DNA of 64,000 nt, taken from positions 1,742 through 65,741 of the forward strand of contig CAVOPZ010000027.1 of assembly GCA_963698205.1 (NCBI GenBank), read 5' to 3'. The first letter of the stretch is position 1, and each line of letters opens with the position of its first letter. Below the pieces are notes generated by a model, which ran no database searches, was not told where the DNA came from, and saw only the letters and a list, made by a program, of their open reading frames with translations. Both the position numbers and the translations under genes were made by a program. The stretch is from an uncultured Ignavibacteriaceae bacterium. Lineage in GTDB: Bacteria > Bacteroidota > Ignavibacteria > Ignavibacteriales > Ignavibacteriaceae. Positions 39,777-49,727 of the stretch are shown here, piece after piece.

Positions 39777-40404
39777 AAAGAAAGAAGCAGTATTAATAAA
39801 TATTGATGAAAATTTTGAAACCGCTATTGATATTGCCCGTGAACTTTTTTTAAATGGTTCTATCTTTATTTATCCAACTGATACTATTTACGGGTTTGGC
39901 GGCAATCCATTTAACGAAGTTGCTATAAAAAAAATCAGTGAAGTAAAAGGTAAACAAAATTGGCGCAGATATATTTTTTTAATATCTGATATTGAAATAC
40001 TAAAAAGTTATGCCGATGTTGATTCAGAAAGATACCTGGATTTTCTTTTGTCCATCTGGCCAAATCCAGTTTCTGTAATATTAAAACTGAACAAAAAATA
40101 CCAGAATCTATTACAGTCTGAAACTGGTGCGTTCAGAATTCCGAATCATAGATTTTGTTATAAATTAATAAGTGAATTGAAAATGCCTTTGGTTTCCACA
40201 AGTGTAAATAGAACCGGAAACGAACCAATGAATGATTCTTCGTTAATCATTCAAGAATTTGCCAATGAGGTTGATGCAATTTTTTATTCAGATAAAAAGT
40301 CTTTTTTTGAAGCTTCCACTCTCATTGATTTGACGGGCGACGAACCAAAGTTGATTCGAGAGGGTAGAATTAAGTTTGTGGAATTAATGAAAAAGCTGGA
40401 TTAG
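39769..40404 (+). CDS. tsaC: L-threonylcarbamoyladenylate synthase (TsaC/YrdC family)
   Basis: GSIFIYPTDTIYGFGGNPFNEVAIKKISEVKGK...RIPNH...PLVSTSVN. Confidence 0.85.
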   Translation: MIEKKEAVLINIDENFETAIDIARELFLNGSIFIYPTDTIYGFGGNPFNEVAIKKISEVKGKQNWRRYIFLISDIEILKSYADVDSERYLDFLLSIWPNPVSVILKLNKKYQNLLQSETGAFRIPNHRFCYKLISELKMPLVSTSVNRTGNEPMNDSSLIIQEFANEVDAIFYSDKKSFFEASTLIDLTGDEPKLIREGRIKFVELMKKLD

Positions 40405-40425
40405 ATTAAGACTAAAAGAAAGACG

Positions 40426-41244
40426 ATGTTTAAGTTCAAAAAAATTAAAAAATTTTCAATAATTCTTTTGCCTGAGGAAACATCAAGTGCGCCACGTTCG
40501 ATAAAAATTTCCTCAACAAAGATGCTGACTTTAATTGCATTGTATAGCTTAATAATTTTTATTTTAGGATTTTATATTATTAGTTTTATTCCATTAAGTG
40601 AAGTTTTATTCCCATACTCGTTACGCTTAACTGATTCGGATAAGAAGAAAGTGGAATTACTAAATGATAAAGTTATATTTCTTGCTAAAGAAATAGAATC
40701 ATTAAAATCTGTAAATAAAAGATTAAAGTTTGCAATAATGCTCGGGGATTCAACTTTGTTGAAAAGACCAAAAGAGTTTAAAGATTCAAGCAAAAAAAGA
40801 ATATCTGCTGATGGTAACATATTGGCTGTTGTAATGGACTTATTTGGTAATTTTAATTTTCATCAGAGCAAAGAAATTTTATTTATAAAACCTGGTGATG
40901 GATTCATAAGCAAATCCTTTGATCCTTCACGCGGGCACAATGGCAATGATTATGTGATGAAAGAAAATAGTCCTGTTTTTGCATCCGCCGGGGGCTATAT
41001 TGTATTTGCTGGGTATACTCCAGATTATGGATATTCCATTATCATTAACCATCAGGAAAATTATGTTACTAAATATCTTCATTGTTCATCTATCTTAAAG
41101 AAAAATGGAGATACTGTTCGACAGGGAGAATTAATTGCCCTTAGCGGTAGCTCTGGCAGCGAATCAACCGGACCTCACCTGCATTTTGAAATCTGGAAAG
41201 ATGGAAAGCCGATAAATCCATCTGATGTTTTAATTAAATATTAG
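40426..41244 (+). CDS. M23 family metallopeptidase (LytM-like), membrane anchored
   Basis: N-terminal TM helix, coiled-coil, then HNGNDY...GYIVFAG...GYSIIINH...TGPHLHFEIWKDGKPINP. Confidence 0.9.
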   Translation: MFKFKKIKKFSIILLPEETSSAPRSIKISSTKMLTLIALYSLIIFILGFYIISFIPLSEVLFPYSLRLTDSDKKKVELLNDKVIFLAKEIESLKSVNKRLKFAIMLGDSTLLKRPKEFKDSSKKRISADGNILAVVMDLFGNFNFHQSKEILFIKPGDGFISKSFDPSRGHNGNDYVMKENSPVFASAGGYIVFAGYTPDYGYSIIINHQENYVTKYLHCSSILKKNGDTVRQGELIALSGSSGSESTGPHLHFEIWKDGKPINPSDVLIKY

Positions 41245-41253
41245 GAGTTTATT

Positions 41254-41631
41254 TTGAAAACTAAATCAAACGGGAGTTCTATGGAAGAAGTCACAATAAT
41301 AAGTAATGGAGTGGTAATTGAGGGTAAAGTAACTAGCAATGGTAATGTTCGCGTCGACGGAATTGTTAAAGGCGATATTACTGCTCAAGGTAATTTAACT
41401 GTTGGCGAGCAGGGAAGTATCCAAGGGCAGCTTACAGGTGAAACTGTTTCAATTGGCGGAAAAGTTGATGGAACAGTAAACGCAAAAGAGAAGCTCGTTT
41501 TGGAAACCAAAGCTGTTCTAAAAGGTGATCTTATTACAAAAATCCTTGTGGTTGAAGCAGGAGCAATTTTTGAAGGAAAAAGTTCCATGAGTGGTCAGCC
41601 AATGTATAAACCTGTTAGTAAAGGAGAGTAG
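41254..41631 (+). CDS. Bactofilin (polymer-forming cytoskeletal protein)
   Basis: Repetitive beta-helix pattern IEGKVTSNGNVRVDGIVKGDITAQGNLTVGEQGSIQGQLTGETVSIGGKVDGTVNAKEKLVL...GAIFEG. Start at TTG 41254 or ATG 41281. Confidence 0.85.
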   Translation: MKTKSNGSSMEEVTIISNGVVIEGKVTSNGNVRVDGIVKGDITAQGNLTVGEQGSIQGQLTGETVSIGGKVDGTVNAKEKLVLETKAVLKGDLITKILVVEAGAIFEGKSSMSGQPMYKPVSKGE

Positions 41632-41635
41632 TACA

Positions 41636-41893
41636 TTGTTAAAACCGGAATCTGATTCCGGGATTGCCAAATCCTTACGTGATGTTGGACCTTATCTTGG
41701 ATTGGGTCTTCAACTTGCAATTACAATTGTTGCGATGGTCCTGCTAGGCAGTTGGCTTGATAAAAAGTTTAATCTGAATTACATCCTTACTTTATTTATG
41801 GGCTTATTCGGTACAGGGATAGGTCTTTACAACTTGATAAAAACGGTTACTGATCTTGAGAAGAGAAATAAAAGTAAGAATGAAAAAAGTTAA
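41636..41893 (+). CDS. AtpZ/AtpI-family small membrane protein (F0F1 ATPase-associated)
   Basis: GPYLGLGLQLAITIVAMVLLGSWLDKKF plus a second TM helix. TTG at 41636 lies 7 nt after SD AAGGAGAG. Directly upstream of the atp genes. Confidence 0.6.
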   Translation: MLKPESDSGIAKSLRDVGPYLGLGLQLAITIVAMVLLGSWLDKKFNLNYILTLFMGLFGTGIGLYNLIKTVTDLEKRNKSKNEKS

Positions 41894-42272
41894 AACTTAT
41901 TTAATTTTAGGTATTATTCCAGCTATTTTTTTTGTATTAATTATAACATCTTATTCCTTAGGTAGCATTAATTCCACAGAATTTAATAGTCTCTTTTATG
42001 GCTTTCTTTTCTCCTCAATAAATTTCTTCCTTGGCATCATTTCAATTCACTTTGGCTTTGAAAAAAGTGATAATATCTTCCTGATACTTGTTTTAGGCGG
42101 ATTAATTTTACGTCTTTTCTTGATGCTTATCCTGATCGTAATAGCTCTAAAATTTTTGTATGTTAATCTGTATTCGTTTATCTTTACAACCTTTATTTTA
42201 TATTTCTACTATCTCATAGTGGAATTTTTTATACTAAATAAGAAAAAGAATTTTATACTCAAGACCAAGTAA
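41880..42272 (+). CDS. ATP synthase protein I-like membrane protein
   Basis: Four hydrophobic helices, position immediately upstream of atpB. Start uncertain (41856 or 41880). Confidence 0.5.
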   Translation: MKKVKTYLILGIIPAIFFVLIITSYSLGSINSTEFNSLFYGFLFSSINFFLGIISIHFGFEKSDNIFLILVLGGLILRLFLMLILIVIALKFLYVNLYSFIFTTFILYFYYLIVEFFILNKKKNFILKTK

Positions 42273-43114
42273 TGATTGATTCTACCTCAACACAAATAAT
42301 CGTTGATAGCCTTAGAAATACTAAATCTGAATCCGGTAGTGATTGGATTCTCCACCACGTTATGGATGGTAATTATATTGATTTTTCGCCTTTTTTTAAG
42401 GTTTATCTTCCTCATTTTGAGTTATTTGGGCTGGATATTTCGATCACTCGTCACGTTCTTTTTATGTGGCTCGGAGCACTGTTACTCTTTATTGTTATGA
42501 CAAGAGTTGCCAAAGCTTATAAATCATCAATGGTCCCTAAAGGATTCATAAATTTTTGGGAGTTATTTATTGTATTTGTGCGGGATGAAATTGCAAAACC
42601 TACGATTGGAAAAGGTTTTGAGAAGTTTTTACCATATCTCTTGACAGCATTTTTCTTTATTCTTTTTGGAAATTTTTTAGGATTAATTCCGTTTTCGGCA
42701 ACTTTTACTAGTAACATCGCAGTAACTGCAACAATGGCTATATTCACTTTTCTAGTTATTCAGATTGGTGGAATGATCAATAATGGAGCTTTTGGATATT
42801 TTAAAGGACTGATTCCACATGGAGTACCTGGATTCTTACTTCCTATTATGATTATTGTCGAACTTTTGGGATTATTATCCAAACCATTTGCATTAGCAAT
42901 TCGTCTTTTTGCAAATATGACAGCAGGACATATAGTAATATATGCACTGATAAGTTTACTTTTTGTTATGCAAAATTATTTTTGGGCTGGATTAGTCGTG
43001 CCCATGGCGCTATTTATTTACGGATTGGAAATTTTAGTAGCATTATTACAAGCTTATATTTTTACAATGCTTTCAGGTTTATTTATTGGAATGGCAGTTC
43101 ATCAGGATCATTAA
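42272..43114 (+). CDS. atpB: F0F1 ATP synthase subunit a
   Basis: LAIRLFANMTAGH (essential Arg motif) and a C-terminal LQAYIFTMLS helix. Confidence 0.95.
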   Translation: MIDSTSTQIIVDSLRNTKSESGSDWILHHVMDGNYIDFSPFFKVYLPHFELFGLDISITRHVLFMWLGALLLFIVMTRVAKAYKSSMVPKGFINFWELFIVFVRDEIAKPTIGKGFEKFLPYLLTAFFFILFGNFLGLIPFSATFTSNIAVTATMAIFTFLVIQIGGMINNGAFGYFKGLIPHGVPGFLLPIMIIVELLGLLSKPFALAIRLFANMTAGHIVIYALISLLFVMQNYFWAGLVVPMALFIYGLEILVALLQAYIFTMLSGLFIGMAVHQDH

Positions 43115-43154
43115 AATAATTTATATCATTAAATCTAACTAAAGGAGAAAATTA

Positions 43155-43382
43155 ATGGACGTATCAGGTTTAGCAGGTTTAGCCGCCGGAATCGGTGCTG
43201 GATTGACAATCATTGGTGGTGCTTTGGGTATTGGTAAATTAGCGGCTTCTGCAATGGAAGCTAGTGGAAGACAACCTGAAGCCGCAGGTGCTATCAGAAC
43301 TTCAATGATCATCGCTGCTGCGTTGATTGAAGGTATATCATTATTCGCATTAGTAATCTGCTTTATTTTAGCCGGTAAATAA
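43155..43382 (+). CDS. atpE: F0F1 ATP synthase subunit c
   Basis: 75 aa hairpin with GRQPE loop and IAAALIEGISLFALV carboxylate helix. Confidence 0.95.
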   Translation: MDVSGLAGLAAGIGAGLTIIGGALGIGKLAASAMEASGRQPEAAGAIRTSMIIAAALIEGISLFALVICFILAGK

Positions 43383-43394
43383 TTAGTTAAAGGA

Positions 43395-43997
43395 GTGTTG
43401 TTTACACTCCAATCATTAAATAATAACCATGACAAAAAGATTATGATTGCAAATACATTGTTTGCTTTTATCGCTTTAATTGTATCTGAAACAAAAGGTG
43501 GAAGTGGTGGATTGCTTTCCGTTAACGGTGGATTAGCTTTCTGGACAACACTTACCTTTATTCTTCTTTTAATTCTTCTAACAAAGTTTGCATGGAAGCC
43601 AATTTTATCTGCCTTAAAACAACGTGAAGACGCAATAAAAGATTCTCTCGAGCAAGCCGAAAAAGCCAAAGATGAAGCAAAACAGATTCTAGCTCAAAAT
43701 CAAAGCAGCTTAGTTAAAGTTGAGGAAGAATCTAAAAAGATAATTGAGGAAAGCAGAATTTATGCAGAGAATCTTAAAGAACAGATGCTTAAATCAAGCA
43801 AAGAGCAAGCTCAGAAAATTATTAACGAAGCAACTGCTGAAATTGACAGAAAGAAAAATGCTTCTTTTGATGAATTGAAAAATCAAATTGCAGAAATTTC
43901 TGTTCAAGCCGCAGAAAAGATATTAAAAGAAGTTCTTGATGCAGAAAAGAATAAAAAACTTGTTGATAAATACATTAGCGATATCTCTAAAAATTAA
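43395..43997 (+). CDS. atpF: F0F1 ATP synthase subunit b
   Basis: Single TM (FWTTLTFILLLILLTKFAWKPI) followed by a long charged helix. Start codon uncertain (GTG 43395 or ATG 43443). Confidence 0.85.
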   Translation: MLFTLQSLNNNHDKKIMIANTLFAFIALIVSETKGGSGGLLSVNGGLAFWTTLTFILLLILLTKFAWKPILSALKQREDAIKDSLEQAEKAKDEAKQILAQNQSSLVKVEEESKKIIEESRIYAENLKEQMLKSSKEQAQKIINEATAEIDRKKNASFDELKNQIAEISVQAAEKILKEVLDAEKNKKLVDKYISDISKN

Positions 43998-43999
43998 TT

Positions 44000-44554
44000 A
44001 TGGCTTCATCCAAAGTTGCAATTAGATATGCGTCTTCATTTCTTGGTACCGCGATAGAGAAAAATATTCTTGATCGGGTATCAGAAGATATTGAGTTGAT
44101 CTACAACTCTTTATATAAAAATAAGGAATTAAAGAGAGTAATCGATAGTCCCGTAATTAAAAATGAAAAAAAGTTATCAATTCTTACGGCAATTTTTGGA
44201 GACAAGATAAGCGAAGAAACTTTAAGCTATTTAAACTTTGTGATCTTGAAAGGACGCGAAAATATACTAACCGAGATATTAGAAAAGTTTTTGTATTTAA
44301 GAGATGAACACTATGGTGTAGCTAATGTGCATGTTACTACAGCTTTTGATTTTACGAATGAACAAAAAATACATCTGCAAGAAAAGTTTACTTCTTATCT
44401 CAACAAAAAAGTTAAATTAGACTTTACAATTGATGAAAAGATAATAGGCGGATTTATTGCAAAGGTTGGAGATACGGTTTATAACGCATCGATAACACAT
44501 CAATTAGGTTTATTAAAAGAACAATTTTTACACGGAAGTGTAAATTTAAATTAG
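44000..44554 (+). CDS. atpH: F0F1 ATP synthase subunit delta
   Basis: OSCP/delta layout (VAIRYASSFL... IIGGFIAKVGDTVYNASI) and position between atpF and atpA. Confidence 0.9.
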   Translation: MASSKVAIRYASSFLGTAIEKNILDRVSEDIELIYNSLYKNKELKRVIDSPVIKNEKKLSILTAIFGDKISEETLSYLNFVILKGRENILTEILEKFLYLRDEHYGVANVHVTTAFDFTNEQKIHLQEKFTSYLNKKVKLDFTIDEKIIGGFIAKVGDTVYNASITHQLGLLKEQFLHGSVNLN

Positions 44555-44583
44555 AAGAAAAGAATTTATAAAGGAATTTTCAA

Positions 44584-46125
44584 ATGGCAGAAGTTAGACC
44601 TGATGAAATTACTGCGATATTAAGAAAACAACTTTCAGGATTTGAAAGTGAAGCTGATATTTACGATGTTGGAACTGTTTTGGAAGTGGGCGATGGAATT
44701 GCCAGAGTTTATGGTCTTTCTAAAGTAATGTCAAGTGAACTGGTTGAATTTCCAAATAAAGTTTTTGGCATGGTACTTAATCTTGAGCAGGATAGTGTTG
44801 GTTGTGTCCTTTTTGGAGATACTACCATGGTTAAAGAGGGAGATACAGTAAAGAGAACAAAGCGTGTAACTTCAATGCCCGTTGGTGATGCAATGTTAGG
44901 GCGGGTTATCACTCCACTTGGAATTCCGATTGATGGCAAAGGTCCAATTAATACTGATAAGTATTTGCCAATTGAAAGAAAAGCTCTTGGCGTTATACAA
45001 AGACAGCCGGTAAAAGAACCAATTCAAACAGGTATTACTGCCGTTGATGCAATGATCCCTATTGGAAGAGGGCAAAGAGAATTAATTATAGGTGATAGGC
45101 AGACCGGAAAGACCGCTGTTGCTATTGATACAATTATTAGTCAGAAATATACTCATACTGAGGAAGCAAAAGCCTTAGGCATTAAGCCTGTTTATTGTGT
45201 ATATGTTGCAATTGGTCAAAAAGAATCTACCGTTGCTCAGGTCGTAGCTAAATTACATGAAAATGGAGCAATGGAATTTACTACGGTAATTTCTGCTTGT
45301 GCTTCCGAACCGGCGCCGCTTCAATTTATCGCTCCATATTCGGGTGCTACATTGGGCGAGTTTTTTAGAGATAATGGTAAGCATGCTCTCTGTATTTATG
45401 ATGATCTTTCTAAACAGGCACAAGCCTACAGAGAATTATCATTACTTTTGCGAAGACCTCCTGGACGTGAAGCTTATCCCGGTGATGTTTTTTATCTTCA
45501 TTCGCGATTGCTTGAGAGGGCATCAAAACTTAGTGATACCGAAGGTGGTGGAAGTTTAACTGCACTTCCAATAATTGAAACACAACAAGGAGACGTTTCT
45601 GCATACATTCCAACAAACGTAATTTCAATTACAGATGGTCAGATATATCTTGAATCGAACTTGTTCAATGCGGGTATCAGACCAGCAATTAACGTTGGTA
45701 TTTCAGTATCCCGTGTTGGCGGTAATGCTCAGATTAAAGCTATGAAAAAAGTGGCAGGAAGTTTAAAACTTGATCTAGCACAATATAGAGAATTAGAAGC
45801 GTTTGCAAAATTTGGTTCTGATCTTGATAAATCAACTCAAAGAACGTTAGCCAAAGGTGCAAGATTAGTTGAATTATTAAAGCAAGGACAGTACGCACCT
45901 GTAGCTGTGGAAAAGCAAGTTGTGAGTATTTACTATGGTACCAAAGGATATATGGATGGAATAGCTGTTAAAGATGTAAAAAGATTTGAAAAAGAAATTC
46001 TAGAATTTATTGAGGTAAAGTACAAACAAATTTTTGATTCAATTAAAAAAGACAAAGATGTGACTAAAGAGACTGAAGAATTAATTAAAAAAGCAGGACA
46101 AGAATTTTTATCAACATTTAAATAG
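44584..46125 (+). CDS. atpA: F0F1 ATP synthase subunit alpha
   Basis: Walker [56 protein letters not shown]. Confidence 0.97.
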   Translation: MAEVRPDEITAILRKQLSGFESEADIYDVGTVLEVGDGIARVYGLSKVMSSELVEFPNKVFGMVLNLEQDSVGCVLFGDTTMVKEGDTVKRTKRVTSMPVGDAMLGRVITPLGIPIDGKGPINTDKYLPIERKALGVIQRQPVKEPIQTGITAVDAMIPIGRGQRELIIGDRQTGKTAVAIDTIISQKYTHTEEAKALGIKPVYCVYVAIGQKESTVAQVVAKLHENGAMEFTTVISACASEPAPLQFIAPYSGATLGEFFRDNGKHALCIYDDLSKQAQAYRELSLLLRRPPGREAYPGDVFYLHSRLLERASKLSDTEGGGSLTALPIIETQQGDVSAYIPTNVISITDGQIYLESNLFNAGIRPAINVGISVSRVGGNAQIKAMKKVAGSLKLDLAQYRELEAFAKFGSDLDKSTQRTLAKGARLVELLKQGQYAPVAVEKQVVSIYYGTKGYMDGIAVKDVKRFEKEILEFIEVKYKQIFDSIKKDKDVTKETEELIKKAGQEFLSTFK

Positions 46126-46151
46126 CATAATATTTTCAAGTTTAGTTATTA

Positions 46152-47030
46152 ATGGCCACTTTAAGAGATATAAAACTTCGTATAAAAGGTGTAAAGAGTA
46201 CACAACAGATTACCAAAGCTATGAAAATGGTTGCAGCGGCAAAACTGCGCCGTACTCAGGAATCAATTATGAATGCTCGCCCTTATGCAAAAAAAATATC
46301 TACATTACTCTCACATCTTGTAAATGAAGATGATTTACTTTCAAATCCTCTTTTGGCCGATAGGGAAGTAAAAAATGTTGCCGTTGTTTTAGTTACTGCA
46401 GACCGAGGACTTTGCGGTGCTTTTAATTCGAATATCATTAAGGAAACTTCGCGCTACGTTGAAGAAGAAGTTAAAGCAACCGGTAAAAATTATCTTCTTT
46501 TTTGTTTAGGTAAAAAAGGCTCGGATTATTTTAGTAAAAGAAATTATAATATCGGTGCCACATATCCCGGAATCTTTTCTTCACTTAATTATACAACTGC
46601 ACAGCAATTAGTTGATGAATTAATCCCCAGATATTTGGAGGGAAGTATTGATAAAGTTATTCTCATTTTCAACGAATTTAAATCAATCATTCAGCAAAAA
46701 ATTGTAGTTGAACAATTTTTGCCAATTCCTGCCGGTAATGAAAAAGTAAATGGTAAGAATAAATCTGTAAATTATATTTATGAGATTGATCAGAAATCTA
46801 TTTTTAATTATTTGATTCCAAAACATCTTAAAGGACAGATGTGGAGAGTTTTATTGGAATCAAATGCATCTGAATTTGCAGCTCGAATGACTGCAATGGA
46901 TAATGCAACAACGAATGCAAAAGAATTAATTCGAACTCTTAGTCTTACATACAATAGTAAAAGACAAGCTGCAATTACTAAAGAGATACTTGAAATTGTG
47001 TCCGGTGCAAATGCATTGAAAGAAAATTAG
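46152..47030 (+). CDS. atpG: F0F1 ATP synthase subunit gamma
   Basis: MATLRDIKLRIKGVKSTQQITKAMKMVAAAKLRR... C-terminal RQAAITKEILEIVSGA. Confidence 0.95.
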   Translation: MATLRDIKLRIKGVKSTQQITKAMKMVAAAKLRRTQESIMNARPYAKKISTLLSHLVNEDDLLSNPLLADREVKNVAVVLVTADRGLCGAFNSNIIKETSRYVEEEVKATGKNYLLFCLGKKGSDYFSKRNYNIGATYPGIFSSLNYTTAQQLVDELIPRYLEGSIDKVILIFNEFKSIIQQKIVVEQFLPIPAGNEKVNGKNKSVNYIYEIDQKSIFNYLIPKHLKGQMWRVLLESNASEFAARMTAMDNATTNAKELIRTLSLTYNSKRQAAITKEILEIVSGANALKEN

Positions 47031-47060
47031 TTAGCTTAGTAAAGTTGAACTGTCGAAGTT

Positions 47061-48383
47061 ATGTTTGAAGAATTATCTCTTAAATTAGAATCCGCACTTA
47101 AAAAAGTTACCGGACAGGGACGCTTAACTGAGAATAATATTTCAGATACTTTGCGTGAGATTAGAAGAATTCTTCTTGATGCTGATGTTAATTATAAAGT
47201 TGCAAAAGATTTTATAGAGAATGTAAAGGTTAAAGCACTTGGTAGAGATGTAATCGCTTCAATATCTCCGGGGCAGTTGATTACTAAAATAATTTACGAT
47301 GAGTTAACCGAATTACTTGGCGGTGGTCATCAGGAATTACAACTTAATCCATCAGGCATTACAACTATATTAGTTGTGGGGTTGCAAGGCTCAGGTAAAA
47401 CGACTTTTTGCGGCAAACTTGCGAAAAAATTAAGTGAGCAGAAAAGAAAAGTTCTTTTAGTTGCGGCTGATATATACCGACCGGCGGCAATTGAGCAATT
47501 AAAGTTTTTGGGGAAGCAAATTGATATTGAAGTTTTTTCTCTTGAAGAAAAAGATGCAAGAAAAGTTGCAACTGAGGCTTTAGTTTATGCTAAAGAGAAG
47601 AATTATAATACTGTAATTTTTGATACAGCTGGGAGACTTCATGTTGATGAGCAAATGATGCTCGAAGTTTCTGACATCAAAAAAATTATCAATCCAAATG
47701 AAAGTTTATTTGTTGTTGATTCGATGACTGGACAGGATGCTGTAAATTCTGCCAAAGCTTTTAATGAAACTGTGAACTTTGATGGTATTGTTCTTACAAA
47801 ACTTGATGGGGATTCCAGAGGTGGTGCTGCTCTTTCTATAAGATCTGTTGTTGGTAAACCGATAAAGTTTATAAGCAATGGTGAGAAATTAGAGAATTTG
47901 GAAATATTTTTTCCGAACAGGTTAGCCTCCAGAATTCTTGGTAAAGGTGATGTAATATCCCTTGTAGAGAAGGCTCAAGCTTCATTTGATGACTTTGAAA
48001 CCGAGAAATTAGAGGAAAAACTTCGTAAAAATAAATTTGATTTTGATGATTTTCTTAAGCAAATTAAAGTCATCAAGAAAATGGGTTCTTTATCTTCCTT
48101 GCTAGGAATGATTCCTGGACTAAGTGCGCAGATAAAAAATACTCCAATTGATGATAAAGCATTAGTAAAAGTTGAAGCAATCATCAGCTCAATGACGAAG
48201 GAAGAACGAAGCACTCCAAAAGTATTGAACGGCAATCGCCGTAAAAGAATAGCAAGGGGCAGCGGTACATCAGTACAAGATGTTAACCGCTTAATTAAGC
48301 AGTTTGGTGAAATGCAGAGAATGATGGGCAGTTTCAGTAAAAAAGGATTGCCAGGTTCAATGCGTAATTTTAAATTTAATTGA
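47061..48383 (+). CDS. ffh: Signal recognition particle protein
   Basis: GLQGSGKTTFCGKLA, DTAGRL, TKLDGDSRGGAALS, Met-rich M domain. Confidence 0.97.
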   Translation: MFEELSLKLESALKKVTGQGRLTENNISDTLREIRRILLDADVNYKVAKDFIENVKVKALGRDVIASISPGQLITKIIYDELTELLGGGHQELQLNPSGITTILVVGLQGSGKTTFCGKLAKKLSEQKRKVLLVAADIYRPAAIEQLKFLGKQIDIEVFSLEEKDARKVATEALVYAKEKNYNTVIFDTAGRLHVDEQMMLEVSDIKKIINPNESLFVVDSMTGQDAVNSAKAFNETVNFDGIVLTKLDGDSRGGAALSIRSVVGKPIKFISNGEKLENLEIFFPNRLASRILGKGDVISLVEKAQASFDDFETEKLEEKLRKNKFDFDDFLKQIKVIKKMGSLSSLLGMIPGLSAQIKNTPIDDKALVKVEAIISSMTKEERSTPKVLNGNRRKRIARGSGTSVQDVNRLIKQFGEMQRMMGSFSKKGLPGSMRNFKFN

Positions 48384-48413
48384 TAAACGAGAGAATATCC
48401 GGAGGTTACTAAT

Positions 48414-48818
48414 TTGGCTGTTAAGTTAAGATTAAGAAGAATGGGAAAGAAAAAACAACCCATTTACAAAGTTGTTGCTGCAGATGCCCGTTCACCAAGA
48501 GATGGGAAATTTCTTGAAGCAGTTGGTGTTTATAATCCACTTACAAATCCACATACAGTTGATTTGAAAGAAGACAGAATTAATTACTGGTTAGATCATG
48601 GCGCACAACCTACCGACACAGTAAAGAGTTTACTAAGTCAAAAGGGAATAAATTTAAAACGAGATTTAGCAAATCGTAAGTTTTCCGAAGATAAAGCAGA
48701 AACTATATTAAAGGATTGGCAAAATCTTAAAGAAGCATCTGCACAGAAAAAGACTGTGAAGAAAAAGAATAAAGCAAATACCGAGGAAGCTAAGACCGAA
48801 GAGCAACCTAAGAGTTAA
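48414..48818 (+). CDS. rpsP: 30S ribosomal protein S16 with Lys/Glu-rich C-terminal extension
   Basis: AVKLRLRRMGKKKQPIYKVVAADARSPRDGKFLEAVGVYNP. TTG start 7 nt after GGAGG. Confidence 0.92.
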   Translation: MAVKLRLRRMGKKKQPIYKVVAADARSPRDGKFLEAVGVYNPLTNPHTVDLKEDRINYWLDHGAQPTDTVKSLLSQKGINLKRDLANRKFSEDKAETILKDWQNLKEASAQKKTVKKKNKANTEEAKTEEQPKS

Positions 48819-48963
48819 TTGTTTTTTGCTACTAACTATGGTACGGAGGTACAGCAGAAGTTACGGGTGCTGCTTCTGAGTCAGATACTCAATAAAATAA
48901 CAAATTTATTGAGGCTGTACATAACAACTTATTCACCCGGGTTCATTATAGGAGGCTTCTATT

Positions 48964-49197
48964 ATGAAAGAGTTCGTCGAGTACATTGCAAAACAACTGG
49001 TTGATTATCCAGATGGTGTCGTTGTTGAAGAGAAACTCATTGAAGAAAAAAAACTTGTACTTTCTCTTAAAGTTCAGGCTGATGACATCGGTAAGGTTAT
49101 CGGAAAACAAGGGAAAACCGCTCAGGCAATGCGTACTCTTCTAACTGCAGTTGCAGCAAAAGAAGGTAAAAGAGCAATTCTTGAGATTGAAGATTAA
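48964..49197 (+). CDS. KH-domain RNA-binding protein (UPF0109/YlqC-like)
   Basis: GKVIGKQGKTAQAMRTLL GXXG KH loop. Conserved position between rpsP and rimM. Confidence 0.9.
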   Translation: MKEFVEYIAKQLVDYPDGVVVEEKLIEEKKLVLSLKVQADDIGKVIGKQGKTAQAMRTLLTAVAAKEGKRAILEIED

Positions 49198-49214
49198 TCG
49201 TACAAGCTTTTTAA

Positions 49215-49727
49215 TTGAATGAATTTTATCTAATAGCAAAAATTCTTTCATCTGGTAAAGACGGTTTTGTAAAGGTTCAGTTAGTCCCTGGATTTTTAGA
49301 AAAGCTAGGTCACATAAAGTATGTGTTTTTAGATTTCTGGAATCAAAAAAAAAAAATTGAACTTGAGGATTATTTGAGTGTTAAAAATTCATTGTTCTTT
49401 AAGTTTAAAAATTTTGATAATGAAAGAGACACTTCACTACTTATTGACAGGGAAGTTTTTGTTTCAAAAGAGGGGGCTGAACATCTTAGCCCTGGTGCTT
49501 CATTAGAAATTAGTTTTCTTGGTTATAAAGTTTTCAGGAATCAGGAATATCTTGGGACTGTAAGCGATTTTTTTGAAACACCTGCAAACCCTGTAATTGA
49601 AATTAAAAATTCTGATGGAAAAGAAATTCTTATTCCATTTGTTCATTCTTTTTTTGATAAGATTGATGGCGAAAATAAAGAGTTGGTGTTAAAATCGGAT
49701 TACGGTATTTATGATGATGAGACTTGA
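49215..49727 (+). CDS. rimM: 16S rRNA processing protein RimM
   Basis: Size, PRC-barrel-like C-terminus (NPVIEIKNSDGKEILIPFV) and position in the rpsP-rimM-trmD-rplS cluster. Confidence 0.85.
   Translation: MNEFYLIAKILSSGKDGFVKVQLVPGFLEKLGHIKYVFLDFWNQKKKIELEDYLSVKNSLFFKFKNFDNERDTSLLIDREVFVSKEGAEHLSPGASLEISFLGYKVFRNQEYLGTVSDFFETPANPVIEIKNSDGKEILIPFVHSFFDKIDGENKELVLKSDYGIYDDET

Noticed and set aside
43139-43669. 176-aa antisense ORF across atpE/atpF
   Set aside because: It is a shadow ORF on the opposite strand of two strongly conserved ATP synthase genes. Its sequence is low-complexity Ala/Pro/Ile-rich, mirroring the Gly/Ala-rich c subunit. No independent start or SD context.
41636-47030. 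Missing atpD/atpC as a sign of an incomplete or unusual ATP synthase
   Set aside because: A split arrangement with atpDC encoded elsewhere is a known feature of Bacteroidetes/Chlorobi-type genomes. Nothing in the window suggests loss.
47975-48463. 162-aa antisense ORF spanning the 3' end of ffh and the start of rpsP
   Set aside because: It is entirely antisense to two universally conserved genes, with no motif and no plausible promoter or SD. Treated as a chance ORF.
48414-48818. Long Lys/Glu-rich C-terminal tail on ribosomal protein S16
   Set aside because: C-terminal extensions of S16 are common in the FCB group, and the core S16 sequence is normal.
48819-49004. 61-aa ORF in the rpsP-KH spacer
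   Set aside because: It overlaps the start of the KH gene in another frame and has no SD or motif. The region is better explained as non-coding, possibly structured, spacer.
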